Source: an uncultured Acidobacterium sp.
GTDB lineage: Bacteria; Acidobacteriota; Vicinamibacteria; Vicinamibacterales; UBA2999
Reading direction: 5' to 3'
Length of the DNA stretch: 57,406 nucleotides
NCBI GenBank assembly: GCA_964355095.1
Contig: CAYHCX010000009.1
Coordinates: forward strand, 1 to 57,406
In this document: one piece after another, positions 29,205 through 38,294 of the stretch
How the letters are laid out: each line of letters begins with the position of its first letter
Position numbering within the stretch: the first letter of the stretch is position 1
Position numbers and translations under genes: made by a program
The notes under the pieces: generated by a model
Seen by the model: the letters and a program-made list of their open reading frames with translations, nothing else
Told to the model about the DNA's origin: nothing
The model's database searches: none

Positions 29205-29947
29205 AGTTCCCAGAGTTTCGCGAACTTGAGGCCGACGTACCGCGCGTTCATCGCCGAGACGATCAGCCCCGGGACCCCGTCGCGGAAGCCGCCACGGAGC
29301 AGGTAATTACGGAGAAACGCCGCCGGCGGATGCACCGCCAGGTCGAGCCAGCCCGCGCGCCGCCCATCCTCGAACATCTGGCGCGCCGCCAGCGAGGTGT
29401 AGCGGTCCATCGTCTGCAGGTGATGCGCGAGGTCACGGTAGGCGTAGTGGAGGAGTTCGCCGCGCAAGTCGATCACCGGGCCGTCGGCCTTGACCGACTC
29501 GTGCACGAGACGCCCCGTCCACCGCGCGCGCCGACGGTCGTAGAGACGCAGCTGGTGGTCCGGGTACCAGTCCGTGGACCGGATCCACCGGCCCAGGTGA
29601 AACGTGACGCGCGGCACCCGGTAGCCCGGCGCCTCCGGACCGCGCTGCAGCAGGGCGCGGATCTCGCCGGCGAGCGCCGGCGAGACGCGCTCATCCGCGT
29701 CGAGCGAGAAAATCCAATCGTGGCTGGCCTGCGCCGCGGCGAAGTTCTTCTGCGCGACGTAGCCGGGCCATGGCCGGACGGTCACCTTGTCGGTGAACTC
29801 GCGGGCGATGGCGGCGGTGTCATCGGTGCTCTGGCAGTCAACGACGATGATCTCGTCGGCCCATGACAGGGACTCGAGCGCGGCCCGCAGGTTGGCGGCT
29901 TCGTTGAGGGTGATGACTGTGGCCGTGACGGGCACGGGCCTCATCAT
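29141..29947 (-). CDS. GT2-family glycosyltransferase
   Basis: VTATVITLNEAANL..IIVVDCQSTDDT..SLDADE. Start at ATG 29947. The track extension is translated heptamer repeat. Confidence 0.8.
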   Translation of the reverse strand: MMRPVPVTATVITLNEAANLRAALESLSWADEIIVVDCQSTDDTAAIAREFTDKVTVRPWPGYVAQKNFAAAQASHDWIFSLDADERVSPALAGEIRALLQRGPEAPGYRVPRVTFHLGRWIRSTDWYPDHQLRLYDRRRARWTGRLVHESVKADGPVIDLRGELLHYAYRDLAHHLQTMDRYTSLAARQMFEDGRRAGWLDLAVHPPAAFLRNYLLRGGFRDGVPGLIVSAMNARYVGLKFAKLWELCSPSTSTPRERGAEDSNKSS

Positions 29948-29950
29948 ACG

Positions 29951-30047
29951 GGAAGTTGGAAGTGAGAAGTGAGAAGTGAGAAGTGAGAAGTGAGAAGTGA
30001 GAAGTTGGCACTTCCCCTTCCCCTTCTGACTTCCAACTTCCAACTTC
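29951..30047. repeat. heptamer array / hairpin (GGAAGTT, AGAAGTG x5 .. GACTTCC AACTTCC x2)
   Basis: Fourteen heptamers are in a single phase across both arms and the loop. The last nt is shared with the upstream stop codon. Confidence 0.85.
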
Positions 30048-31646
30048 CTAGAACAGGGGCGACTGCTGGACGGCGGTGTAGTTGACGACCGACTTGGCGT
30101 ATTCGACCAGCGCCAGCAGCTCGCTGTTGCGGGCGACGTTGAGGTCGCGCTGGGCCTGCAGCACGAAGAAGCTGCTGGTCATGCCGGCCTGGTACTTCTT
30201 CTCTTCCGCATCGAGACGGCGTTCGGCCAGCACGCGCGATGAGCGGGTCGCGTCCACGCGCTTGGCGTTGGTTTGCACCTGGCGGCCGTACTCGCGGACC
30301 TGCGTCGTCACCTGGAGCTCGAGGCTTTTGACTTGGCGCTCGGCCTGCGTGTTCTGCAGCCGCGCCCGCGCCAGCTGCGCTTCCTGCGTGGACTTGCCGA
30401 TCGGATAGGCGATGTCCACCTGCAGCGACCAGCCGGGGAAGTCGCCGGCGATGGTCTTGCCGAGCGTGCTGAAGTAGCTCTGCTCCACGCTCGAGACGAT
30501 TGCGCCGGTGGGCAGGCCGGTGATGGGGTCGCGCGCACGGCTCACCTGCAAGCCGCCGGTTGCCCGCGCATTGTAGTTGACCGACGCGTTCACGTCGGGC
30601 AGCGACTGGTTGCGGAAGTAGCGGATGTTGACGTCGTTGATTTCGAGGTTCTTGCGCGCCGCAACCACGTCGGTCCGCTGGCCAAGCGCGTTGTTCACCG
30701 CCGTCTCGACGTCGACCGCCGTCGGCTGGAACGTCACGGCCTCGGTCGGCTCGATCCGTGCCGTCCAGAAGTCCGCACCGCTCGGGTTGAAGACGAGCGC
30801 CCGTAGGGTGTCTTGCGCGCGGTCGATGGCGGCCTCGGCGAGAATCACCGACTCTTCGCGCGTGGCCACTTCGGCCTCGGCCTGGACGATGTCGAGCGGC
30901 GCCATGGTGCCAATCTCGACGCGGGCGCGGTTGTCCTTGAGCGACTGCCGTGCCAGATCGAGCGACTGCCGCTGCACGGCGAGGTTGCCGATGGCGTACA
31001 TCAGGTCGTAGTAGGCGTTGCGCACGTTGCGCACCGTGACCGAGATGGACTGCTGCAGCTGAACGTCTGAAATCTCCTTGTTCTTCTGGCTGACCAGCAG
31101 CTGCTGGCGGGCGCCGTCGATCCGGAAGTTCCGCAGGAGCGGCTGGGTGTAGGTGGCGCTCACCGACGAGTTCAACTGCGGATTGAACGTCGAGAACTGG
31201 TTGTTCGTGGTGCTGCGGCCGTTGTTCCACCGCACGTCGTAGCTGCCGCCGTACCAGGATGTCAGCGACGACACGCCGAAATTGAAGAGCGACTGGCCGC
31301 TGGTGATGCCGGCGGCGGTGCCGCCCGACAGGACACTGGTCGAGGGCTGCGTCGAATCCGCGGTGCTGATGGTGGATACGAAGTTCGGCGTATACGCGGC
31401 CTTGAACTGGTCGGTCGACAAGTCCTGCAGCTGCGGATTGAAGCGCTGGACCTGAAGGTCCAGGTTCTGCTCGATGGCCGTCGCCACCGCATCATCAATG
31501 CTCATCCGCCGGACCGGGCCTTGCGCCGGGGGCGGAGCGGCCGTGGTCTGGGCGTGGACAGGGGACAGCCCAAAACCGGACACTATCGTCGCCACGAGGC
31601 CGGCCGCCACAACCGCCCGGGCGCAAAATCGCTGGTCAAAACGCAT
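30048..31646 (-). CDS. TolC-family outer membrane protein
   Basis: Signal peptide after MRFDQRF.., two OMF repeats, and a TolC-like C-terminal region. Confidence 0.85.
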   Translation of the reverse strand: MRFDQRFCARAVVAAGLVATIVSGFGLSPVHAQTTAAPPPAQGPVRRMSIDDAVATAIEQNLDLQVQRFNPQLQDLSTDQFKAAYTPNFVSTISTADSTQPSTSVLSGGTAAGITSGQSLFNFGVSSLTSWYGGSYDVRWNNGRSTTNNQFSTFNPQLNSSVSATYTQPLLRNFRIDGARQQLLVSQKNKEISDVQLQQSISVTVRNVRNAYYDLMYAIGNLAVQRQSLDLARQSLKDNRARVEIGTMAPLDIVQAEAEVATREESVILAEAAIDRAQDTLRALVFNPSGADFWTARIEPTEAVTFQPTAVDVETAVNNALGQRTDVVAARKNLEINDVNIRYFRNQSLPDVNASVNYNARATGGLQVSRARDPITGLPTGAIVSSVEQSYFSTLGKTIAGDFPGWSLQVDIAYPIGKSTQEAQLARARLQNTQAERQVKSLELQVTTQVREYGRQVQTNAKRVDATRSSRVLAERRLDAEEKKYQAGMTSSFFVLQAQRDLNVARNSELLALVEYAKSVVNYTAVQQSPLF

Positions 31647-31886
31647 CACACTGCTACTCCAATCGAAGGTCAATCGCTGGTCTGAACCCGGGGTGACAGC
31701 AAAAGCGGTACCGCTGGCTCACACGCCTGTTCTCCATCATAGACGTCATGGGGCCGGCAAGGGTTCGGTAAGGGTGTTTGAAACAGCCGCCGTTGGCCGC
31801 CAGCCTTCGCGCCGGCAGAGGATGCCGGCGCTTCGGCTTGGCGACCGCCGTAGCGACTCCAGCCGCCCGGTCGCGTAGGCGGCCGA

Positions 31887-31892
31887 TATACT
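31887..31892 (+). promoter_or_regulatory. TATACT box 8 nt upstream of the pyrE ATG (candidate near-leaderless promoter)
   Basis: Read directly. There is no purine-rich SD between the box and the ATG. Confidence 0.3.
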
Positions 31893-31900
31893 ACCGATCG

Positions 31901-32473
31901 ATGACCGAATCCGACCTGCTGGCCCTGTTTCGCCGCTCGGGCGCGTTGCTTGATGGCCACTTCCGCTTGTCGTCGGGGCTGCACAGCCCCGGGTACCTCC
32001 AGTGCGCGTTGGTCCTCCAGCATCCCGGTGACGCCGAGGCCCTTGGTGCAGCCCTGGGCAACGCCGTGCGCGGGCTGGGCGCCGCCACGGTGCTCTCGCC
32101 GGCCCTCGGCGGCATCGTCATCGGCCAGGAAGTGGGCCGCGCCCTCGGCGTCCGGGCCATCTTCGCGGAACGCCAGGACGGCACGCTGACGCTGCGCCGC
32201 GGCTTCACCCTCGGACCGGGCGAGAAGGTGCTGGTCGTCGAGGACGTGGTGACCACGGGCGGATCGACCCGCGAGACCATGGACGTGGCGCGCGCCGCCG
32301 GCGCCGTGGTGGTCGGCGCCTGCGCCGTCGTCGATCGCAGCGGCGGCAAGCAGGGACTCGACGTGCCCTTTCATGCGCTGCTGCCGATGGTGGTGCCCAC
32401 CTACACCGCGGAGGAGTGCCCTCTCTGCCAACAGGGCTCGCCCGTGGTGAAGCCGGGCTCGCGAAATAAGTAG
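31901..32473 (+). CDS. pyrE: orotate phosphoribosyltransferase
   Basis: LDGHFRLSSGLHSPGYLQC and PRPP loop VLVVEDVVTTGGSTRET. Short PyrE type. Confidence 0.85.
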   Translation: MTESDLLALFRRSGALLDGHFRLSSGLHSPGYLQCALVLQHPGDAEALGAALGNAVRGLGAATVLSPALGGIVIGQEVGRALGVRAIFAERQDGTLTLRRGFTLGPGEKVLVVEDVVTTGGSTRETMDVARAAGAVVVGACAVVDRSGGKQGLDVPFHALLPMVVPTYTAEECPLCQQGSPVVKPGSRNK

Positions 32474-32504
32474 ATCGGGCTGGAGGCGGGGGACGCATGG
32501 CCGA

Positions 32505-32712
32505 TCGACCGATTGTCGATTCAGCGACTGTTTGGTGACTGACGAATGAGTGATTTGGTGACTCCATTGTCGAACCTCGCGAATTCGCGATCGGTTGACC
32601 GACCTGGCCACGCTTGGCGGATCACGAATTCATCAATCGTCGATGGAGTCACGAAATCGACAATCGCCGACTCACGCAACAGTCGCCAAATCAATAGCTC
32701 AGTCAATCGACG
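32505..32712. repeat. ~200-bp imperfect long hairpin (GATTTGGTGAC family), centre near 32606
   Basis: Left-arm blocks AGCGACTGTTTGGTGACTG, GATTTGGTGACTCCATTGTCGA and GAATTCGCGATCG. Their reverse-complement partners in the right arm are GACTCACGCAACAGTCGCC, TCGTCGATGGAGTCACGAAATC and GGATCACGAATTC. Confidence 0.55.
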
Positions 32713-33519
32713 ATGCCACCGCGCACTTTGAAATTGACGATCGCCTACGACGGCTCGGCCTATGCCGGCTGGCAGCGGCAGACCAACGCGCAAGGCATCC
32801 AGGCCGTCATCGAAGACGAAATCGCCGCCATCGTCGGCGCGCGCAATCCGCTGGTGGCGGCCGGCCGCACCGACGCGGGCGTGCACGCCGCCGCGCAGGT
32901 GGCCAGCATCACGATCGATCATCCGATCGCGTGCCATGAGCTGTTGAAGGCGCTCAACGCGCGGTTGAAGGCCGGCGACATCCGCATTCGCGCCATCGAC
33001 GAAATGTTCGATCGGTTCGACGCGCGCATCTACGCAAAGACCAAGACCTATCGCTACGCAATCTGGAACGGCGCGGCGCCCAGCCCATTCATCCGGCACG
33101 TGGTGTGGCACGTCCCGTACGTGCTGGAACTGGAGCGCATGATCGCGGCCGCCACGGCGCTTGTCGGCGAACAGGATTTCGCCGCCTTCCAGGGCCGCGG
33201 CCAGGACGTGAAGACCACGGTGCGCCGGGTCTTGTCGGCGGATCTCCTCGAGATGAACATCGACACCGATCAGCCGGTCGCGGTGTCGCCCCTCGACGCG
33301 GGCTCGCTGCAGCGCGACGCACGCCTGTTGCGCTTCGAGATTTCCGGAACCGGGTTCCTGCGCCACATGGTGCGCACGATTGTCGGCACGCTGGTGGATA
33401 TTGGCCGCGGCCAGTTGCAGCCGGACGCCATGCGGACCATCATCGATTCGCACGATCGCGCGCGCGCCGGGCAAACAGCCCCCCCGCACGGGCTGATGCT
33501 CTGGCGCGTTGAGTACTGA
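32713..33519 (+). CDS. truA: tRNA pseudouridine(38-40) synthase
   Basis: GRTDAGVHA catalytic motif, 268 aa. Confidence 0.9.
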   Translation: MPPRTLKLTIAYDGSAYAGWQRQTNAQGIQAVIEDEIAAIVGARNPLVAAGRTDAGVHAAAQVASITIDHPIACHELLKALNARLKAGDIRIRAIDEMFDRFDARIYAKTKTYRYAIWNGAAPSPFIRHVVWHVPYVLELERMIAAATALVGEQDFAAFQGRGQDVKTTVRRVLSADLLEMNIDTDQPVAVSPLDAGSLQRDARLLRFEISGTGFLRHMVRTIVGTLVDIGRGQLQPDAMRTIIDSHDRARAGQTAPPHGLMLWRVEY

Positions 33520-33540
33520 CCGCGGGGGAGAGCGATGGCT

Positions 33541-34905
33541 TTAGCCGTCGCTGGACCGGCGAGGGCTGAAGCCCTCGCCCTCCGGAGATTGTCTCGGTTT
33601 TCCCATCCACAGCGACAGCAACCACATCACGAATGCGGCGCCGACAATGACCATGGCCAGCCGCATGAACGTCATGGCATCCACGACATCGAATTCCGGC
33701 CAGCGATAGTCACCGAGCATGCCGCCGCGCTCGGTGGCCCAGTGCCACGCGGTGTGCGCCACCAGCGCCGACATCAGGATGGTGCCGATGCGCTCGGCCA
33801 CGACGAACCGGAACACCAGCGCCAGCAGCGGCACGGCGATGATCAGCACGAACAGCTGGCCGATTTCCACGCCGACATTGAACGCCAGCAGCGACGTGAC
33901 CAGGTGGTCGCCGGCAAACTGCAGCCGCTCGCGCAACAGGAACGAAAACCCGAACCCGTGCACCAGGCCGAACCCGAAGGTCACCATCCATCGGCGATCC
34001 AGCTTCGGCCCGACGATGTTCTCGAAGGCCATGTAGACGATCGAGATGGCGATGAGCGTCTCGATCAGCGGCGGAAACCACAGGGCGTCCGGGGCCATGC
34101 CATAGGCCGAGGCGATGAGGGTGACCGAGTGCGCCACGGTGAACGCCGTGACCACGACCGCCAGGGGCCGCAGCCGGCGGAACGGAATCACCAGGCACAG
34201 CAGGAACAGCAGGTGATCGGTGCCGTCAAGAATGTGGAAGAACCCTTCGCGCGCGAACAGGTAGAACGCCTGGTGCCACCGCGGATCGAGGTGGACAATG
34301 CCGGTGTCGGCGTGGACGTCGAACACGCGCTCGACCTGGCCCGGCTGGAGGAAGCGGAGAACCACGTTGACCCGCAGGCCCAGGCGGCTGAGGGCCGGGC
34401 GAATCGCGAAGTCGGCCCGATCAGAGGTGATCGGGTACTCGTACGCGACGTCGAGCATCCCCTGGTCCCAGTAGATGTCGGTGTCCTGCTGGAGCCGGGG
34501 CCCCGCGAGGATGTTCGCCCGGGCCTCCTCGTAGCTGGCAAAAGACTGGTCCCCCGGCAGCGACACCCGGATGCCGGCCACGGTTGGCCGGGCCAGCCGC
34601 TGGCCGTTCTCGTAGAGCTCGACGTAGTCGCGAAGCCATAGGGTGGAGGCGTCGTTCAGGGCCTGATCCAGCCGCGAATAGTCGAGAAAGCCGTTCTGGA
34701 ACGTCGGGATCTCAATGTCGCGCAGCGACTTCATCGGCACCCTGAGGAGCACGGTGAGCGTCTGGCCCTGCGGCCGAACGAAGCCCTGGACCGTGACTTC
34801 GTTGGGCACCTCGTGCCCGGCCAGCCCGGCGGGCAGGGCGATCAAAACGACGGCCAATAGGGCCAAACGGCTCAATATCTTGCTGACGCTACGGGCGCTC
34901 GACAT
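33541..34905 (-). CDS. HupE/UreJ-family membrane protein with a large N-terminal periplasmic domain
   Basis: HILDGTDHLLFLLCLV, FTVAHSVTL and LVHGFGFSF motifs in the C-terminal TM half. Start at ATG 34905. Confidence 0.6.
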   Translation of the reverse strand: MSSARSVSKILSRLALLAVVLIALPAGLAGHEVPNEVTVQGFVRPQGQTLTVLLRVPMKSLRDIEIPTFQNGFLDYSRLDQALNDASTLWLRDYVELYENGQRLARPTVAGIRVSLPGDQSFASYEEARANILAGPRLQQDTDIYWDQGMLDVAYEYPITSDRADFAIRPALSRLGLRVNVVLRFLQPGQVERVFDVHADTGIVHLDPRWHQAFYLFAREGFFHILDGTDHLLFLLCLVIPFRRLRPLAVVVTAFTVAHSVTLIASAYGMAPDALWFPPLIETLIAISIVYMAFENIVGPKLDRRWMVTFGFGLVHGFGFSFLLRERLQFAGDHLVTSLLAFNVGVEIGQLFVLIIAVPLLALVFRFVVAERIGTILMSALVAHTAWHWATERGGMLGDYRWPEFDVVDAMTFMRLAMVIVGAAFVMWLLSLWMGKPRQSPEGEGFSPRRSSDG

Positions 34906-34967
34906 GGTTGGCGGTCCCAAGTATACTGGCGCCCGTTTAACGGGCACTTCTTGAGAGGGGAGCCAAG

Positions 34968-36212
34968 ATGGATCGGGTTACCAGGAATCGCAAGCTTTAC
35001 GTAGGTGCGGCGTTTGTCGCAATCCTGCTCGCGCTCGGCGTGGGTCAGGCCATGCTCGGCAACGCGTCCGCCCAGGCCAAGCAGGCCCCGAGGTTCGAGG
35101 TCGATCCATACTGGCCGAAGCCGATGCCCAACAACTGGGTCATGGGCATGACCATCGGTATTGGCATCTCAGCCGACGACCACGTGTGGGTGATTCACCG
35201 CGGCAACGATCCGGGCAACCTCGATCGCACCGAGCTGGCCGTCGTCACGGAAGGCGCTCCCCGCGTGGGCGAGTGCTGCAACCCGGCGCCGCCCGTGCTC
35301 GAGTTCGACGTCGCCGGCAACCTGGTCGGCAGCTGGGGCGGCCAGCCCAAGGACAACTCGTACGACTGGCCCGAAAGCAACCACGGCATCGTCGTCGATC
35401 ACAAGGGCTTCGTGTGGATCGGCGGCAACGGCGGTCCTGACGCGCACATCCTGAAGTTCACGCGCGACGGCAAGTTCGTGGCGCAGTACGGCAAGAAGAA
35501 CGCGCACCTCAAGGAAGGCGCGGCGGGCGCCAAGCCGACCTACGTCGCCAACAGCATGGACATGAACAACTTCGGCCGCGTCGCCAAGATCTTCATCGAT
35601 CCGAAGGCGAACGAAGGCTACGTGGCTGACGGCTACTTCAACCACCGCGTTGCGGTCATCGACCTCGACAACGGCAAGATCAAGCGCTTCTGGGGCGCGT
35701 ATGGCCAGCCGCCGACCGACGACAACCTGGGACCGTACGATCCGGCCGCGCCGATCGCCAAGCAGTTCCGCACCCCGGTGCACTGCGCCGAGGTGTCGAA
35801 CGACGGCTTCGTCTACGTGTGCGACCGCCCGAACGACCGCCTCCAGATCTTCACCAGGGAAGGCAAGTTCGTGAAGGAAGTGTTCGTCGCCAAGGACACC
35901 CGCGCCGACGGCTCGGTGTGGGACGTCGCCTTCTCGAAGGACCCGGCCCAGAAGTATCTCTATATGGCTGATGGCGTCAACGAGCACGTGCGCGTGTTCG
36001 ACCGCCAGTCCATGACCGAGCTCTACAACTTCGGCTACGGCGGCCGCCAGCCCGGGATGTTCCTGGGCGTGCACAGCATCGCCACCGACTCGAAGGGCAA
36101 CATCTACACGACCGAGACCTACACCGGCAAGCGCCTCCAGAAGTTCAATCTGAAGGGTGAAGGCGCCATTCCGAAGTCGGGCGTGCCGGCCTGGCCGGGC
36201 TCGGGAATGTAA
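34968..36212 (+). CDS. secreted NHL-repeat / PAL-like six-bladed beta-propeller protein
   Basis: Signal/TM N-terminus. Repeated blade motifs: VADGYFNHRVAVID, VCDRPNDRLQIF, ADGVNEHVRVFD, YTTETYTGKRLQKF. Confidence 0.5.
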   Translation: MDRVTRNRKLYVGAAFVAILLALGVGQAMLGNASAQAKQAPRFEVDPYWPKPMPNNWVMGMTIGIGISADDHVWVIHRGNDPGNLDRTELAVVTEGAPRVGECCNPAPPVLEFDVAGNLVGSWGGQPKDNSYDWPESNHGIVVDHKGFVWIGGNGGPDAHILKFTRDGKFVAQYGKKNAHLKEGAAGAKPTYVANSMDMNNFGRVAKIFIDPKANEGYVADGYFNHRVAVIDLDNGKIKRFWGAYGQPPTDDNLGPYDPAAPIAKQFRTPVHCAEVSNDGFVYVCDRPNDRLQIFTREGKFVKEVFVAKDTRADGSVWDVAFSKDPAQKYLYMADGVNEHVRVFDRQSMTELYNFGYGGRQPGMFLGVHSIATDSKGNIYTTETYTGKRLQKFNLKGEGAIPKSGVPAWPGSGM

Positions 36213-36218
36213 GCATTA

Positions 36219-36287
36219 GGCGGGTCCACGACCCGCCCGCTCGCTCCAACGCCGGTTCGGATCGCCCGAACCGGCGTTTTCTTTTTT
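36219..36287 (+). terminator. tandem hairpins; the second is a canonical intrinsic terminator
   Basis: GGCGGGTC-CAC-GACCCGCC, then AACGCCGGTTCGG-ATCGC-CCGAACCGGCGTT followed by TTCTTTTTT. Confidence 0.7.
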
Positions 36288-36339
36288 CGCTAAGCACTTG
36301 TGGCATCCGGCTTCAGCCGGATAACATCAAGCCGACTCC

Positions 36340-37128
36340 ATGAGCCTCGATCAATTGCTGGAGTGGATTCCAACGGGCGGGCCCGAAGAGGCCCTGGCGT
36401 GCCAGATCGAGATGGATCGTCTGCCGCGCCACGTCGCGATCATCATGGATGGCAACGGCCGCTGGGCCGGCCAGCGCCACCTGCCGCGCGTCGAAGGCCA
36501 CCGCGCCGGCATCGACTCGGTGCGCGACGTGGTCGAGGCCTCCGCGCGCCTGGGACTGGACGTCCTGACCCTGTACGCGTTCTCGGTCGAGAACTGGAAG
36601 CGGCCGGTGACCGAAGTCAGCACGCTGATGATGCTGCTCAAGCGCTACCTGCGGCTGGAGCTGTCCACGCTGCTGCGCAACAACATCCGCTTCAAGGTGA
36701 TTGGCCGCACCGAGTTGCTGGCGCCGGACGTGCTCGAGGAACTGGTGGCCGCCGAACGCAAGACCGCGACCAACACCGGAATGCTCTTCAACATCGCGCT
36801 CAACTACGGCGGCCGCACGGAGATTGTCGATGCGGCGCGGCGCGCCATGGCCTCGGGCCTCGATCCGCGGGACCTGGACGAGGATCGCTTCGCGAGTTTT
36901 CTCTACACGGCGGGCCAGCCGGATCCCGATCTGTTGATTCGCACGAGCGGCGAGATGCGGGTGAGCAACTTCCTGCTGTGGCAGATTGCCTATGCCGAGA
37001 TCTGGGTGACCGATACGCTATGGCCCGACTTCCGCTGCCGCCACCTGCTCGAGGGCGTGCTCGCCTACCAGAAGCGCGACCGCCGCTTCGGCGGCATTGC
37101 TCCATCCGTCGCCGCCGGTGTGAAATGA
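36340..37128 (+). CDS. uppS: undecaprenyl diphosphate synthase
   Basis: HVAIIMDGNGRWA and RTSGEMRVSNFLLWQ motifs. Confidence 0.9.
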   Translation: MSLDQLLEWIPTGGPEEALACQIEMDRLPRHVAIIMDGNGRWAGQRHLPRVEGHRAGIDSVRDVVEASARLGLDVLTLYAFSVENWKRPVTEVSTLMMLLKRYLRLELSTLLRNNIRFKVIGRTELLAPDVLEELVAAERKTATNTGMLFNIALNYGGRTEIVDAARRAMASGLDPRDLDEDRFASFLYTAGQPDPDLLIRTSGEMRVSNFLLWQIAYAEIWVTDTLWPDFRCRHLLEGVLAYQKRDRRFGGIAPSVAAGVK

Positions 37129-37201
37129 GGGCTTGTGACTTGGGGCTTGGGACTTGGAGCCTCTCGCCCACTCAAGCCTCAAGCCTCGAGCCACAAGCCT
37201 C
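37129..37201. repeat. heptamer array / hairpin (GGGGCTT/GGGACTT .. CCTCAAG)
   Basis: Fills the uppS-cdsA spacer up to the cdsA ATG. The two arms are imperfect reverse complements. Confidence 0.8.
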
Positions 37202-37984
37202 ATGACCCGCATTCTGAGCGGCGTTGTCCTGATCGCCGTGACGCTGGTCCTGATCTGGTTCCTGAGCCCCATTGCCATGCTGGGCGTCGCCCTCGTGGTG
37301 GCGGCGCTGGCCTTCACCGAGTACGAGAAGATCGTCGATGCCATCGGCGCCAGGGTGCCGTTCTGGACCACCCTGCTGGCCACGCTGCTGGCCTGCGCGA
37401 TGGTGCCGTTCCAGTGGGTGGACATCGAGTCGGTGCTCGCCGCCGCGCTCCTTTTCATCGCCCTCAACGTGTTGATCTCGGATCGCGTCGGGACGCCGAT
37501 CCTGGCCGATACCGCGGCGGCGCTGCTGGCGCCGGTCTATCTCGGCCTGCCCCTCGGGTCGCTGGTCGGCGTGCACGCCATGGCGGGACGCGAGGCGGTG
37601 CTGTTGCTGATTGCCACGGTGGCGGTCAGCGACACCGCGCAGTACTACTCGGGCCGCGCCTTCGGCCGCACGCCGCTGGCGCCGGTGCGCAGCCCGAAGA
37701 AGACGCGCGAGGGCGCGCTGGGCGGCTTGATCGCGGCGCCGATCTTCCTGGCCGTGGCCGGTTCGTACTGGCTGCCCGTCGCCTCGCCGATCTGGCTGGC
37801 CGCGCTCGGCGCCGGCATCGTCATGGCCGGCATCATCGGCGACCTGTTCGAGTCGATGTTGAAGCGGGCCGCCGAGATGAAAGACAGCGGCACGCTGATT
37901 CCCGGCCACGGCGGCGTGCTCGACCGCATCGATGCGCTGCTGTTCGCGGCGCCGGTGTTCTACTTCTTCCTGCGGGCGCTGTGA
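37202..37984 (+). CDS. cdsA: phosphatidate cytidylyltransferase
   Basis: Signature SMLKRAAEMKDSGTLIPGHGGVLDRID. Confidence 0.88.
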   Translation: MTRILSGVVLIAVTLVLIWFLSPIAMLGVALVVAALAFTEYEKIVDAIGARVPFWTTLLATLLACAMVPFQWVDIESVLAAALLFIALNVLISDRVGTPILADTAAALLAPVYLGLPLGSLVGVHAMAGREAVLLLIATVAVSDTAQYYSGRAFGRTPLAPVRSPKKTREGALGGLIAAPIFLAVAGSYWLPVASPIWLAALGAGIVMAGIIGDLFESMLKRAAEMKDSGTLIPGHGGVLDRIDALLFAAPVFYFFLRAL

Positions 37985-37997
37985 TCACGAAAATGCG

Positions 37998-38281
37998 GCC
38001 GCAGATTACGCCGATTACGCAGATTGAAGAACGCCCGCAGGCGCGGCGAATGCATGTTGATGTCAGCTCGACTCGCGCCGGCCTTCCGCCTTCGCGCGTA
38101 GCGCTTCGGCGGACAAGTCGGCCGGGAACAACAGAGGACGAGGCATGGATGAAAGACCCCCTACCGCAGTCGCTCGCCACTCGGGGTTTTTCATCCATGC
38201 CTGGTCCTCTGTTGCAGTCGCCGGGCAAAGCCCGGCGACGCGAGTCGAGTGCGCATCTGCGTAATCGGCGTAATCTGCGGC
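37998..38281. mobile_element. MITE-like element, copy 3 (284 bp, perfect 27-bp TIRs, multiply nested palindromes)
   Basis: GCCGCAGATTACGCCGATTACGCAGAT at 37998-38024, with its exact reverse complement at 38255-38281. Inner 31-bp arms at 38130-38160 and 38183-38213 have 2 mismatches. Confidence 0.8.
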
Positions 38282-38294
38282 TGTATTCAAACGC

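Noticed and set aside
29951-30047. Heptamer arrays as a CRISPR array or as protein-coding repeats (track ORFs starting MEVGSEKQLPTSNF.. / MEVGSQKGKGKCQLLTSHFSLLTSHF..).
   Set aside because: The units are 7 nt with no spacers, and the arrays are under 100 nt, so they are not CRISPR. The period is not a multiple of 3, and plausible signal or N-terminal motifs begin right after the arrays, so the ORF extensions are artefacts.
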